A DNA stretch of 60,768 bases, filler included. It is 5 parts of 5 records of this genome, joined end to end, with 100 filler letters (N's around TTAATTAATTAA, not from the genome) between each part and the next. Parts side by side here need not be neighbours in the genome. Positions count along the whole stretch, not along the records: positions 36,902 to 49,375 come from DRR723986_15768; 4 more parts are not named here. One strand, written 5' to 3'. The translations under genes were made by a program, and so were the position numbers. Numbering within the stretch: position 1 is the stretch's first letter; each line of letters opens with the position of its first letter. The notes under the pieces were generated by a model. It did no database searches. It was given only the letters and a program-made list of their open reading frames with translations, and was not told where the DNA came from. Below, piece after piece: positions 38,057-48,218 of this stretch.

Positions 38057-38827
38057 ATGCAGGTAACTATCAAGACCCCCGAAGAGATTGAAAAGATGCG
38101 CGTGGCCGGTCGCCTGGCTGCCGAAGTTCTGGAAATGCTCGACGAACATGTCAAACCCGGCATCACCACGGAAGAGCTGGATCGTATTGCGCACGACTAT
38201 ATCGTCAACACACAGCAGGCAATTCCCGCGCCCCTGAACTACAAGGGCTTCCCCAAGTCTATCTGCACATCCGTCAACCACGTAATCTGTCACGGCATCC
38301 CGTCCGAGAAGAAAGTGCTGAAGGAAGGCGACATCATCAATATTGATGTCACTGTCATCAAAGACAGTTACCACGGCGACACCAGCAAGATGTGGATTGT
38401 GGGTAAACCCAAGCCCGGCACCGAACGTCTGATCCAGATCACCCAGGAGTGCCTATATAAAGGCATTGAACTGGTGAAACCCGGAACCCGCCTGGGTGAT
38501 ATTGGCCACGTAATACAGCAGTATGCCGAGAAACACCGTTACTCCGTTGTCAGAGACTATTGCGGCCACGGCATTGGCAAAGTGTTTCATGAGGAGCCCC
38601 AGGTAATGCACTACGGCAAGCCCGGCACCGGCATGGAACTCAAAGAAGGCATGACCTTTACCATCGAGCCGATGATCAACCAGGGCAAATACCAGACCAA
38701 GCTACTGGCAGATGGCTGGACGGTGGTCACCAAGGATCACAAACTGTCGGCACAGTGGGAGCACACCATTCTGGTAACTGCGGATGGCTATGAGGTGCTG
38801 ACCCGCCGATCGGAAGAGTCATTCTAA
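38057..38827 (+). CDS. map: Methionine aminopeptidase type I
   Basis: CTSVNHVICHGIP, DVT, GDTS, GHGIG..FHEEP, TIEPM, SAQWEHT. Confidence 0.98.
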   Translation: MQVTIKTPEEIEKMRVAGRLAAEVLEMLDEHVKPGITTEELDRIAHDYIVNTQQAIPAPLNYKGFPKSICTSVNHVICHGIPSEKKVLKEGDIINIDVTVIKDSYHGDTSKMWIVGKPKPGTERLIQITQECLYKGIELVKPGTRLGDIGHVIQQYAEKHRYSVVRDYCGHGIGKVFHEEPQVMHYGKPGTGMELKEGMTFTIEPMINQGKYQTKLLADGWTVVTKDHKLSAQWEHTILVTADGYEVLTRRSEESF

Positions 38828-41473
38828 GTGGACCGAAGCGAGCTGGAATCCCGAATCAGTAACGACACCTCACCGGTGTTTGCCGCACGCGAACTCTTGC
38901 GGGAAAGTTATAACGCTGATGCCGAGGCATTTCAGCAAGGTGCCGATGTCCGCGCCCTGGTTCTTGCCAGGGCCAAAACCATCGACAAGGTACTCCGGCT
39001 GATCTGGAACAGATACCCGTTCTCCCGCTCCGCAGACATTGCACTGGTGGCCGTGGGGGGGTATGGCCGGGGCGAGCTGCACCCTCATTCCGATATCGAC
39101 CTGCTGATCCTGACCCGCAATGGCATAGAAGAGGACTGGCAGGAAGACCTGGGAGCGTTTGTCACCCTGCTCTGGGACCTCAAACTGGATATTGGCCACA
39201 GCGTTCGCAGCCTGGCGGAATCCATTCAGGCCGCCCGGGAAGACATCACCATTCTGACCAACCTGCTGGAAACACGCACGATCGCAGGCCCGGATGGTTT
39301 ACGGGCCGAACTCAGTGAGATGGTGTATTCGGACGACGTCAGCTCCGATCGGGACTACTTCCTCGCCAAACGTGAAGAACAGCAGCAACGTCACAAGAAG
39401 TACGGCGACACGGAGTACAATCTGGAACCCAACGTCAAAGGCTCTCCTGGCGCCCTTCGGGATATCCAGACCATCGGTTGGATCACCAAGCGCCATTTCG
39501 GCCTGCAGAATATTGCCGACCTCACCCGCTTCAGCATCCTGACCGAAGAAGAGCACCAGATTCTGTACCAGGGGGAGACCTTCCTCTGGCGACTCCGATT
39601 TGGTCTTCAGCTGCTGGCCGACCGCAATGAAAATCGACTATTATTTGACCACCAGCGCGTCCTGGCACAAATGCTCGGTTACCAGGACGAAGGTAAACGT
39701 CTGAGCGTAGAGCTGATGATGCAGCAGTACTACCGCACTGTGCTTGCACTGGCGGAGCTGGCCGACGTGATCCTGCAGTATTATGACGAAGCCATCATTG
39801 GCAGCGGCGGCGAAGATGAAATCCGCCCCCTGAACAAACGTTTCCAGGTTCGCAACCTTTACATTGAAGCGGTGAACAATCAGGTGTTCGCCTACGCCCC
39901 GTATGCGATCATGGAAATCTTCGTGCTGATGGCGCAACACCCGGAGATCAAAGGCATCCGGGCCACCACGATTCGTTCACTCCGGGCCCACAGGCATCTG
40001 ATTGATGACGCGTTCCGCTCTGACCTGGCCGTCACCACGCTGTTTATGGAGCTGCTACGCACGCCCCATGCCCTGGACCAGACCCTGTCGGCCATGAAGA
40101 AGTACAACGTGCTGGGCCGCTACCTGCCGGAGTTCGGCCAGATCATTGGCCAGATGCAGCACGACCTTTTCCATATCTATACGGTAGACGCCCACACCAT
40201 GCGGGTGATCCGCAACATGGTTAGGCTCAACAGCACCGAGGCCAGAACCGAATACCCCCTGGCCTCGCGCCTGATACACCGGCTACCCAAACTGGAAACC
40301 CTGTTTATTGCCGGCCTCTACCACGACGTGGCAAAAGGCCGGGGCGGCGACCATTCCGAGCTTGGCGCCATTGATGCCGAAGCCTTTTGCGAGCGGCACC
40401 ATCTCAGTGAACGGGACACCCAGCTGGTGTCCTGGCTAGTGGAAAACCACCTGCTGATGTCCATGACTGCCCAGCGCAAGGATATTTCCGACCCGGACAT
40501 CATTCAGGCCTTTGCCCGCGCGGTACCCAGCCTCGCCCACCTGGACTATCTCTACATCCTCACGGTTTGCGATATCAGTGCCACCAATCCCAAACTGTGG
40601 AACACCTGGCGCGCGTCGTTGTTGCGCCAGCTTTATATAGAAACCAAACGGGCGCTGCGCCGCGGCACTGACAATCCGGTAGACCGGCAGTCCTGGATCC
40701 GGGCCACCCAGGAGGAAGCCAGGGAAATTCTCCACGCCCAGAATATGACCGACGAACAGATCGACCAGATCTGGAATACCGTGGACGACGAATACTTCCT
40801 GCAGGATTCCACTGTCGATATCGCCTGGCAAACAGCCGCCATCATTCGCCACGGCGACAACCCGGATCCTCTGGTGCTGATCCGGGACACCCGGGGTGGC
40901 CCGACTGACGGCTATTCCCAGATCATCATCTACATGAAAGATCGCGTCGCCCTGTTTGCCGCCACCACCGCTGTTCTGGAACAGCTAAACCTGAACATTG
41001 TGGATGCCCGCATCAATTCCACCGAAGGCCCCTATTCCATCAGCTCCTATGTGGTTCTGGATGACAAGGGCCAGCCGCTGGGTATCGACCCGGCCCGGAA
41101 GGAGCGCGTACGCAAGCGACTGATTGAAGAACTGGACGACCCGGAAGACTATCCGGACATCATCCATCGCAGAACGCCAAGGCAGTTGAAACACTTTGCG
41201 TTCCCGACCGAGGTGACCTTCTCCAACGACACCATCAATCAGCGCACGGTGATGGAACTGATCACGCCGGACCGCCCCGGTCTGCTGGCGCGGATTGGCC
41301 AGGTGTTGCTGGAACACCGTGTGCGGCTGACCAACGCCAAGATTGCCACTCTGGGAGAGCGGGTTGAAGACGTGTTCTTCATCACCGACGAACAGGGCGA
41401 ACCCCTGCGCGACCCGGGCGTGTGCCAGGCCCTGCAACAGGACCTCTGTAAAATGCTGGACGAGATTCAATGA
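38828..41473 (+). CDS. glnD: PII uridylyltransferase/uridylyl-removing enzyme
   Basis: AVGGYGRGELHPHSDIDL, HIYTVDAH, HDVAKGR, C-terminal ACT domains. Confidence 0.98.
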   Translation: MDRSELESRISNDTSPVFAARELLRESYNADAEAFQQGADVRALVLARAKTIDKVLRLIWNRYPFSRSADIALVAVGGYGRGELHPHSDIDLLILTRNGIEEDWQEDLGAFVTLLWDLKLDIGHSVRSLAESIQAAREDITILTNLLETRTIAGPDGLRAELSEMVYSDDVSSDRDYFLAKREEQQQRHKKYGDTEYNLEPNVKGSPGALRDIQTIGWITKRHFGLQNIADLTRFSILTEEEHQILYQGETFLWRLRFGLQLLADRNENRLLFDHQRVLAQMLGYQDEGKRLSVELMMQQYYRTVLALAELADVILQYYDEAIIGSGGEDEIRPLNKRFQVRNLYIEAVNNQVFAYAPYAIMEIFVLMAQHPEIKGIRATTIRSLRAHRHLIDDAFRSDLAVTTLFMELLRTPHALDQTLSAMKKYNVLGRYLPEFGQIIGQMQHDLFHIYTVDAHTMRVIRNMVRLNSTEARTEYPLASRLIHRLPKLETLFIAGLYHDVAKGRGGDHSELGAIDAEAFCERHHLSERDTQLVSWLVENHLLMSMTAQRKDISDPDIIQAFARAVPSLAHLDYLYILTVCDISATNPKLWNTWRASLLRQLYIETKRALRRGTDNPVDRQSWIRATQEEAREILHAQNMTDEQIDQIWNTVDDEYFLQDSTVDIAWQTAAIIRHGDNPDPLVLIRDTRGGPTDGYSQIIIYMKDRVALFAATTAVLEQLNLNIVDARINSTEGPYSISSYVVLDDKGQPLGIDPARKERVRKRLIEELDDPEDYPDIIHRRTPRQLKHFAFPTEVTFSNDTINQRTVMELITPDRPGLLARIGQVLLEHRVRLTNAKIATLGERVEDVFFITDEQGEPLRDPGVCQALQQDLCKMLDEIQ

Positions 41474-42672
41474 ACCCCAATCTGGAAAGACTTCACCCCT
41501 ATCCCTTCGAGAAACTGGCCAAACTGAAGGCCGGCATTTCGGTGCCAGAACATCTGGCGCCCATCTCCCTGGGAATTGGTGAGCCCAAGCACCCATCGCC
41601 AGCCTTCGTAAAGGACGTTATTGCCGATAATCTGGATAAACTGGCGAATTACCCCACGACCAAAGGCACGGACGAACTTCGTAGCGCGATTGCCGCATGG
41701 GCAACCCACCGGTTTGATCTTGCACCGGCGTCATTGGATCCGAACCGCCACGTGGTGCCCGTAAATGGAACCCGCGAAGCCATCTTCGCCCTGGTTCAGG
41801 CGGTTGTGGATGCTGGTAAACCCGCCACCGTGGTCAGCCCCAATCCTTTCTATCAGATCTACGAAGGCGCAGCCTTCCTGGCCGGCGCCACACCGGTTTA
41901 TCTGCCCTGCGATGGCGGCAATGGCTTCATCCCGGACTTCGACGCCGTGCCCGAGTCGGTCTGGGAGAACTGCCAGATCCTGTTCCTGTGCTCGCCCGGC
42001 AATCCGAGTGGAGCGGTGATTCCGAGGGAAACCCTGGTAAAAGTGATTGAACTGGCTGACCGGCACGATTTCCTGATTGCCTCGGACGAGTGCTATTCAG
42101 AGCTCTACCCGGACGAAGCCAACCCGCCGGAAGGCTTGCTGCAAACCTGCGCCGCCATCGGCCGCCACGATTTCAAGCGCTGTGTGGTGTTCCACAGCCT
42201 GTCCAAACGCAGCAACCTGCCGGGCCTGCGGTCCGGCTTTGTGGCCGGCGACGCCGAGGTACTGGCCGGCTACCTGAAATACCGCACCTACCATGGCTGT
42301 GCCATGCCTATACATAATCAGCTGGCCAGTATCGCCGCCTGGAACGATGAAGACCATGTGCGCGAAAACCGCGCCGCCTACCGGGCCAAGTTCGAGGCAG
42401 TCGTGCCCATTCTGCGCGAAGTGATGAACGTAGACTTCCCGGATGCCGGCTTCTACCTCTGGCCGGAGACGCCCATGGACGACGAAACTTTCGCCCGGGA
42501 GCTGTCCGCCCGACAGAACGTACACGTATTGCCGGGCCGATATCTGTCGCGCACGGTAAACGGCCACAACCCGGGTGAAAACCGCGTGCGCATGGCGCTG
42601 GTGGCTCCCCTTGAGGAATGCGTTGAGGCCGCGAAACGTATCGTTGAGTTCGTAAAAGGTTTTAAACAATGA
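41470..42672 (+). CDS. dapC: Succinyldiaminopimelate transaminase
   Basis: YPFEKL, CSPGNPSG, SDECYSE, SLSKRSNLPGLRSG; position in dap cluster. Confidence 0.93.
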   Translation: MNPNLERLHPYPFEKLAKLKAGISVPEHLAPISLGIGEPKHPSPAFVKDVIADNLDKLANYPTTKGTDELRSAIAAWATHRFDLAPASLDPNRHVVPVNGTREAIFALVQAVVDAGKPATVVSPNPFYQIYEGAAFLAGATPVYLPCDGGNGFIPDFDAVPESVWENCQILFLCSPGNPSGAVIPRETLVKVIELADRHDFLIASDECYSELYPDEANPPEGLLQTCAAIGRHDFKRCVVFHSLSKRSNLPGLRSGFVAGDAEVLAGYLKYRTYHGCAMPIHNQLASIAAWNDEDHVRENRAAYRAKFEAVVPILREVMNVDFPDAGFYLWPETPMDDETFARELSARQNVHVLPGRYLSRTVNGHNPGENRVRMALVAPLEECVEAAKRIVEFVKGFKQ

Positions 42673-43010
42673 AGTTATATGGCATCCGCAACTGCGACAC
42701 CGTCAAAAAGGCCCGGAAGTGGCTGGATGAACACGGCGTGGACTATGAGTTCCATGATTTCAAGAAAGACGGCCTGAGCAGCGAGAAGCTCAGCCAGTGG
42801 GAGCAGGCCGTTGGCTGGGAAACGCTCCTGAACAAACGCGGGACCACCTGGCGAAAACTTCCCGACGAGGTTCGTGATACCATTAGCGCCCAAAGTGCCC
42901 ACCAGATCATGCTGGACAACCCCTCCATCATCAAACGCCCTGTCGTCGAGCGCGGAGACGGCGTAAGCGTGGGGTTCAACGCAGACGACTGGTCTGCGTG
43001 GCTGGGCTGA
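42669..43010 (+). CDS. ArsC/Spx family reductase (YffB-like)
   Basis: LYGIRNCDTVKKARKW, NKRGTTWR, IKRPV. Confidence 0.9.
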   Translation: MKLYGIRNCDTVKKARKWLDEHGVDYEFHDFKKDGLSSEKLSQWEQAVGWETLLNKRGTTWRKLPDEVRDTISAQSAHQIMLDNPSIIKRPVVERGDGVSVGFNADDWSAWLG

Positions 43011-43050
43011 ATTTTTCTGACTATTTAATGACAACAGGAGCAACCACCAG

Positions 43051-44079
43051 ATGAGTTTTGCATTCGGTATCGGAATCGGCACCCAGAACAATCAGGGCGA
43101 ATGGCTGGAGGTGTACTACCAGCAGCCGATCATGACACCCGACAGAGACCTGATCGACGTGGTTGAGTCTGCGCTGGACTATAAGGGTGGCAACCAGGCC
43201 ATCAGCGTGAAAGCAGAACAACTGGCACAGTTTGCCAACGCCCTTCGCCAACTGGGCCGGACAGACCAGGCCAAACTGGCCGAGAAAGCGGCTGAGAGCA
43301 AGCGCCCCGTGGTAGTCACCGTACTGGCAACGGACGATACCGCTTCCAGCACGCCGGAGGTGTACCTGAAACTGCACCTGATCTCACACCGCCTGGCCAA
43401 GCCCCACAGCCTGAAGCTGGACGGCATTTTTGGTCTGCTGCCCAACCTGGCCTGGACCAACGAAGGCGCCATTGACCTGAATGAACTGCCGGAGCGGCAA
43501 CTGCAGGCACGCCTGGAAGGCCGTATTCTGGAAGTGAAGTCGGTCGACAAATTCCCGCAGATGACCGATTACGTGGTGCCCAAGGGTGTACGTATTGCCG
43601 ACACCGCCAGGGTACGTCTGGGGGCATACGTAGGCGAAGGTACCACCGTCATGCATGAAGGCTTTATCAACTTCAACGCCGGTACCGAAGGCACCAGCAT
43701 GATCGAAGGGCGCATCTCCGCAGGCGTGATGATCGGTAAAGGCTCCGATCTGGGCGGCGGCTGTTCCACCATGGGCACGCTTTCCGGCGGCGGCAACATC
43801 ATTATTTCCGTGGGCGAGAACTGCCTGCTGGGCGCCAATGCCGGCATCGGCATCCCGCTGGGCGATCGCTGCACCGTTGAAGCTGGCCTGTACATCACCT
43901 CAGGCACCAAGGTGGCCCTGCTGGATGACCACAACAAACTGGTGGAAGTGGTGAAAGCCCGCGATCTGGCCAGCAAAAACGATCTGCTGTTCCGTCGCAA
44001 TAGCCAGACCGGTGCGGTTGAGTGCAAAACCAACAAGACCGCCATTGAACTGAACGAAGAACTGCACGCCAACAACTAA
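43051..44079 (+). CDS. dapD: Tetrahydrodipicolinate N-succinyltransferase
   Basis: YLKLHLISHR, VDKFPQMTDYVVP, hexapeptide repeats. Confidence 0.96.
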   Translation: MSFAFGIGIGTQNNQGEWLEVYYQQPIMTPDRDLIDVVESALDYKGGNQAISVKAEQLAQFANALRQLGRTDQAKLAEKAAESKRPVVVTVLATDDTASSTPEVYLKLHLISHRLAKPHSLKLDGIFGLLPNLAWTNEGAIDLNELPERQLQARLEGRILEVKSVDKFPQMTDYVVPKGVRIADTARVRLGAYVGEGTTVMHEGFINFNAGTEGTSMIEGRISAGVMIGKGSDLGGGCSTMGTLSGGGNIIISVGENCLLGANAGIGIPLGDRCTVEAGLYITSGTKVALLDDHNKLVEVVKARDLASKNDLLFRRNSQTGAVECKTNKTAIELNEELHANN

Positions 44080-44091
44080 GGCTGTAGCCCG

Positions 44092-44123
44092 CCACAGAAC
44101 CCACCGACACCGGGGGTTCTGTG
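44092..44123 (+). terminator. Stem-loop between dapD and dapE
   Basis: CCACAGAACCC..GGGTTCTGTGG followed by a T-rich stretch. Confidence 0.5.
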
Positions 44124-44165
44124 GTGTTATTCCCTCTACTCTTTCCTTATCGAACAGGTTTCCCT

Positions 44166-45296
44166 ATGTCGCTCTCCCCCACCCTGGAACTTGCCAAGGA
44201 CCTTATCCGCCGCCAATCGGTAACGCCGGACGACGCGGGCTGCCAGGAACTCATGATGTCACGCCTGGCGCCGCTCGGTTTCAGTGGGGAAAACCTGCGC
44301 TTTGGCGAAACCGACAACCTGTGGGCAAGAAAGGGCAACAATGGGCCGGTTCTGGCATTTGCCGGCCACACCGACGTGGTACCCACCGGCCCCGAGAAAA
44401 ACTGGGCGCACCCGCCGTTTGACCCGATCATCAAGGACGGCTATCTGCACGGTCGAGGCGCAGCGGACATGAAGGGAAGCCTGGCGGCCTTCATCACCGC
44501 CTGTGAACGATTTGTGGCCAACCACCCGAATCATCGGGGCTCGATTGCCCTGCTGATCACCAGCGATGAGGAAGGCCCGGCCCAGGATGGCACCGTAAAA
44601 GTGGTGGAAACCCTCGAAGCCCGCAATGAGAAAATGGACTGGTGCCTGATTGGCGAACCGTCCAGCACCCACCAGGTAGGGGATGTCATCAAGAATGGCC
44701 GGCGCGGCTCCCTTCACGGATACCTCACCGTTCACGGCGTTCAGGGCCACGTGGCCTACCCGCATCTGGCCGAGAATGCCGTCCACAACGTTGCACCGGC
44801 ACTGGACGCGTTGGCCAAGGAATTCTGGGACAACGGCAACGACTTCTTCCCGCCTACAACCTTCCAGATAACTCGTGTCGAGGCCGGCGTCGGCAGCAAT
44901 ATTGTGCCCGGGGAGTGCCTGGTGCACTTCAACTTCCGTTACTGCACCGAGAACACCGCGGAAAGCCTGGAAGAGAGAGTGGTCGCTATCCTGGACCGGC
45001 ACAACCTGAAATACGACCTGCAATGGCACCTCAGTGGCCGGCCATTCCTGACCGACAAAGGCGCGCTGGTATCGGCCGCACAGAATGCCATTCGAACCGT
45101 GACTGGCCGTGAAACAGAACTGTCTACGTCCGGCGGCACCTCAGACGGTCGCTTCATTGCGCCCACCGGTGCCCAGGTGGTCGAACTCGGCCCGATCAAC
45201 GCCACCATTCACAAAGTGGACGAGTGTGTGAAGGCTGAGGATCTGGACACGCTGTCCGAGATCTACGAACAGATCCTGGTCGAGCTGCTGGCATAA
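44166..45296 (+). CDS. dapE: Succinyl-diaminopimelate desuccinylase
   Basis: [41 protein letters not shown] 44166. Confidence 0.97.
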   Translation: MSLSPTLELAKDLIRRQSVTPDDAGCQELMMSRLAPLGFSGENLRFGETDNLWARKGNNGPVLAFAGHTDVVPTGPEKNWAHPPFDPIIKDGYLHGRGAADMKGSLAAFITACERFVANHPNHRGSIALLITSDEEGPAQDGTVKVVETLEARNEKMDWCLIGEPSSTHQVGDVIKNGRRGSLHGYLTVHGVQGHVAYPHLAENAVHNVAPALDALAKEFWDNGNDFFPPTTFQITRVEAGVGSNIVPGECLVHFNFRYCTENTAESLEERVVAILDRHNLKYDLQWHLSGRPFLTDKGALVSAAQNAIRTVTGRETELSTSGGTSDGRFIAPTGAQVVELGPINATIHKVDECVKAEDLDTLSEIYEQILVELLA

Positions 45297-45330
45297 AGAA
45301 TCGAACCAGAGGCTCATAATGAGCCTCTGA

Positions 45331-45549
45331 TCAATAATGCGGCGGGGGCGTTTCCTCTTCTTCCCGCCGGATATTGGACGGCGAGATATCCTTGAGTTGC
45401 TTGTGCAGCATTTTCTTGGCGTCCCACAGTTCCCGAATGTCCATCTCCTGCTTGGCGACCTGATCACTCAACGTGTTGATCAGCTCATCCTGGAACGCAA
45501 GTCGCATTTCCAGTTCTGCCAGTCGTTCTTCCAGGGAGTTTTTGCTCAT
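45331..45549 (-). CDS. slyX: SlyX family protein
   Basis: LEMRLAFQDELI..PPPHY. Confidence 0.93.
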   Translation of the reverse strand: MSKNSLEERLAELEMRLAFQDELINTLSDQVAKQEMDIRELWDAKKMLHKQLKDISPSNIRREEEETPPPHY

Positions 45550-45699
45550 GAGGTTTGGTCAGCCCTTTCTGTAATCTGGTATCATGCCGCCTTTTACCGC
45601 CTGCGGCCGGGATAATCAGTTTTCCCGGGGTTGGCGGCGTTCACCGGCCAGACATGCCATGTTACCCGATGTCCGGCTTTTTATCGTCAGTGTTAAACC

Positions 45700-46257
45700 A
45701 TGGAGAATAACCAACCAATGCGTAATCCAGCCAAAGCGATCCTTGTTGCCATTCTGATCGCGATTCCGGCACCGTTTGTACTCGGCCTTCTGCTTACCAC
45801 CACTCCGGAACCCCTGAAAATCCTGGCGTTGGGCCAGGGCCTGGAAGCTCTGGGCAGCCAGGGTGGCATAGCGGCCTATCTGTTCGCGTTTGTTGTCTTT
45901 GCCGTTGCCGCCTTTGTTGCGATCGCACTCGCCGGCAAGCAGCCTGCCGCCAGGAACTCAGCCGCGCGCAAAGCAGCACCTCGCAGTGCCCAGCCCAGCA
46001 ATCAGTATGACGACGAAGAAGACGATTTTGACGACAGCACTCCTGAAGGTAACGAGGAAGGCACCGTCAAGTGGTTCAACGTCAAGAAAGGCTTCGGCTT
46101 TATCGTTCGTGACAGTGGCGACGAGATCTTTGTGCACTTCCGCGCCATCCGTGGCCGTGGTCGCCGCGTGCTTCGCCAGGGCCAACTGGTGCGCTTCAAC
46201 GTGGTTGAGGCAGACAAAGGCCTGCAGGCAGACAACGTGTCTATCCTGAGCGACTGA
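45700..46257 (+). CDS. Membrane-anchored cold-shock domain protein
   Basis: Two N-terminal TM segments; GTVKWFN..KGFGFI..IFVHF (RNP1/RNP2). Confidence 0.9.
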   Translation: MENNQPMRNPAKAILVAILIAIPAPFVLGLLLTTTPEPLKILALGQGLEALGSQGGIAAYLFAFVVFAVAAFVAIALAGKQPAARNSAARKAAPRSAQPSNQYDDEEDDFDDSTPEGNEEGTVKWFNVKKGFGFIVRDSGDEIFVHFRAIRGRGRRVLRQGQLVRFNVVEADKGLQADNVSILSD

Positions 46258-46278
46258 GACAGCTCCCGCACGCGCCAA

Positions 46279-46311
46279 TAAAAAAGCAGCCTCTCGGGGC
46301 TGCTTTTTTGT
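46279..46311. terminator. Bidirectional intrinsic terminator
   Basis: AAAAAAGCAGCC-TCTCGG-GGCTGCTTTTTT between convergent genes. Confidence 0.85.
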
Positions 46312-46335
46312 TTCAAGCCGAAAACCTTGTGGCTG

Positions 46336-46710
46336 TCAGTTCCAGACCACCAACTGCTCGCCGCGATGATCCAGCCGCCACCACTTATCGTCCTCCACCG
46401 GGTCCCCTTCTTTCCAGTCTCCCGGGCTACAGCGGATTTCAGTATCCATTGCCCGCCAGGCACTGCGGGCGCAATCCAGGTCGCTGTTCCAGGGCAGCTC
46501 ATCGCCTTCCATCACCAGTGAAGTGAAACGCTTGCCGAAAGCGCCCGGATACAGCGTGATGCGCACCCGCGCGCCGCTATACCTGGCCATGCCCTTCACC
46601 ACCGAACTGACGTCGGTATCGTCCAGCTGTAATTCGTCCAGTTGGCCTTCCAGCCAGTTGGAGACCGCGGCCGGTTCAAGGTCACGAATGTAGATTTCCA
46701 GATCCTGCAC
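46336..46710 (-). CDS. Conserved hypothetical protein
   Basis: GTG start QDLEIYIR..PWNSDLDCAR..EIRCS; overlaps upstream gene. Confidence 0.7.
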   Translation of the reverse strand: MQDLEIYIRDLEPAAVSNWLEGQLDELQLDDTDVSSVVKGMARYSGARVRITLYPGAFGKRFTSLVMEGDELPWNSDLDCARSAWRAMDTEIRCSPGDWKEGDPVEDDKWWRLDHRGEQLVVWN

Positions 46711-48085
46711 CCAAGGATTCTCCCTGCAGTTGTTCGCAATGTCGCACATAGTGAACCGGCCCGGGCCTCGCTGCAACCCATCGCTCCAGTTCCTCGCGCA
46801 GATCGTCCACCAGCAATCGTCGGAGCGTGCCGGCCCGCTTGCGCTCGTGCCAGAGAACATCGGCCGCCGCCTGTTCAATCATCAGGACCTCCGCCTTCTG
46901 CTCCGGGAGATGGCAATCTTCTCCCCGCGCCAGTGCAACCAGAGACTGCCGGTGCCACACCTCTTTTTCGCCCTCCAGTGCCGCCGCCGACACCGAGCCA
47001 CGACTGGCAAACAAATCCAGCCGGGCGGCAGCTCGCCGTACCCACTGCAGCATGCCACCAGGAGTGCTGACACAGCTGCTTTGTCGGGAAGCCGCATATT
47101 CGAGAGCTGCCTGGGAAACCTGGATATTCCAACGCTTTTCGATTGCCGGTTGATGTGCGGTGAGTACCGCCCTCCGCTGACGGACGCTCACCGGAGGCAA
47201 CTCCAGAACCTCGGGTTCACGACCCAGCAACTGACCCAGCCGAACGACACCGCTGGAATCCGTCATCGAATCACGACCAATCAGCAGGATTGGCCCAGAC
47301 CAGCCGGAAACCAGATCCCGGATCAGGCCCAGCGGCTCGGCTATCAACGTCAGCAAATCGGCGGGGCTGACATTGTCCAATACCAGCGCAGGCCAATGCT
47401 CAGAGGACGAATCACCTGACGGTAAAACTGGTTGATCACAGGCCAGCACTTCCGACTCCCGGCGAGGATCAACCTGAACCCAGGCCAGGCCAGGAGTGCT
47501 CTGGAGCGAGTGCAGCCAGGCCGACTTGCCGGCACCCCTCGGCCCCCGAACCCAAATCAGTGCTTCGGGATTGGCCGCCAGGGCAACCGCAACATCTTCC
47601 GCCAGCGCGAGCCATTCTGGTTCCGCAATCGATACCGGCGCAACGAAACGGGCATCGGAGGTGGGCACAGGCACGTCATGTGCCGAGGGCCAGTAGGTCA
47701 CAAGCTCGAGTACAGCCACATAGGCTTTATCCTGAAGCCGCTCACACTGGGACGTCAGGGCTTTCAGAAGCAAGGGCCAATCGAGCCAGGGGATCTCTGC
47801 CGACTCGCGGGCAGAGGCAATCCAATAGATCAACTGGGAGGACAGATCACCGTCTCCGACCACCTCGGTCACGATGGGCTGCTCACCCTGAATGGTGCGA
47901 ACGAGTTCGTCCAGATCGATACTCTGGCGTTGCAAAAACGGGGGGATCGCGGGGATGGCATCGAGCAATGCCAGCAGAAAATCTTCGGCAGTAATCACAG
48001 AACCGCCCCGGCGCCCAACATTTTCTCGGGCCATCAACAGCGCGGTCTGACACTCCGGAGACAGACATCCTTGCCAATCTTCCAT
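46682..48085 (-). CDS. Degenerate Clp/Hsp100-like protein (N-domain + divergent NBD1, no NBD2)
   Basis: ITAEDFLLALL Clp-N repeat; GPRGAGKS Walker A; LVLDN Walker B; lid-like QVSQAALEYAA..VRRAAARL. Confidence 0.7.
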   Translation of the reverse strand: MEDWQGCLSPECQTALLMARENVGRRGGSVITAEDFLLALLDAIPAIPPFLQRQSIDLDELVRTIQGEQPIVTEVVGDGDLSSQLIYWIASARESAEIPWLDWPLLLKALTSQCERLQDKAYVAVLELVTYWPSAHDVPVPTSDARFVAPVSIAEPEWLALAEDVAVALAANPEALIWVRGPRGAGKSAWLHSLQSTPGLAWVQVDPRRESEVLACDQPVLPSGDSSSEHWPALVLDNVSPADLLTLIAEPLGLIRDLVSGWSGPILLIGRDSMTDSSGVVRLGQLLGREPEVLELPPVSVRQRRAVLTAHQPAIEKRWNIQVSQAALEYAASRQSSCVSTPGGMLQWVRRAAARLDLFASRGSVSAAALEGEKEVWHRQSLVALARGEDCHLPEQKAEVLMIEQAAADVLWHERKRAGTLRRLLVDDLREELERWVAARPGPVHYVRHCEQLQGESLGAGSGNLHS

Positions 48086-48218
48086 CAGGGCATCTCCTTC
48101 CTTGGCTTACGGGCATCGTCCTGATGCCACCTGAACAGCCCGGAATTCTAGAACCGTGTCACGAATGTGACAACGACCAACGCCCGTTTCTGTGAACCGA
48201 ACAGCCCCTACAATGGTC

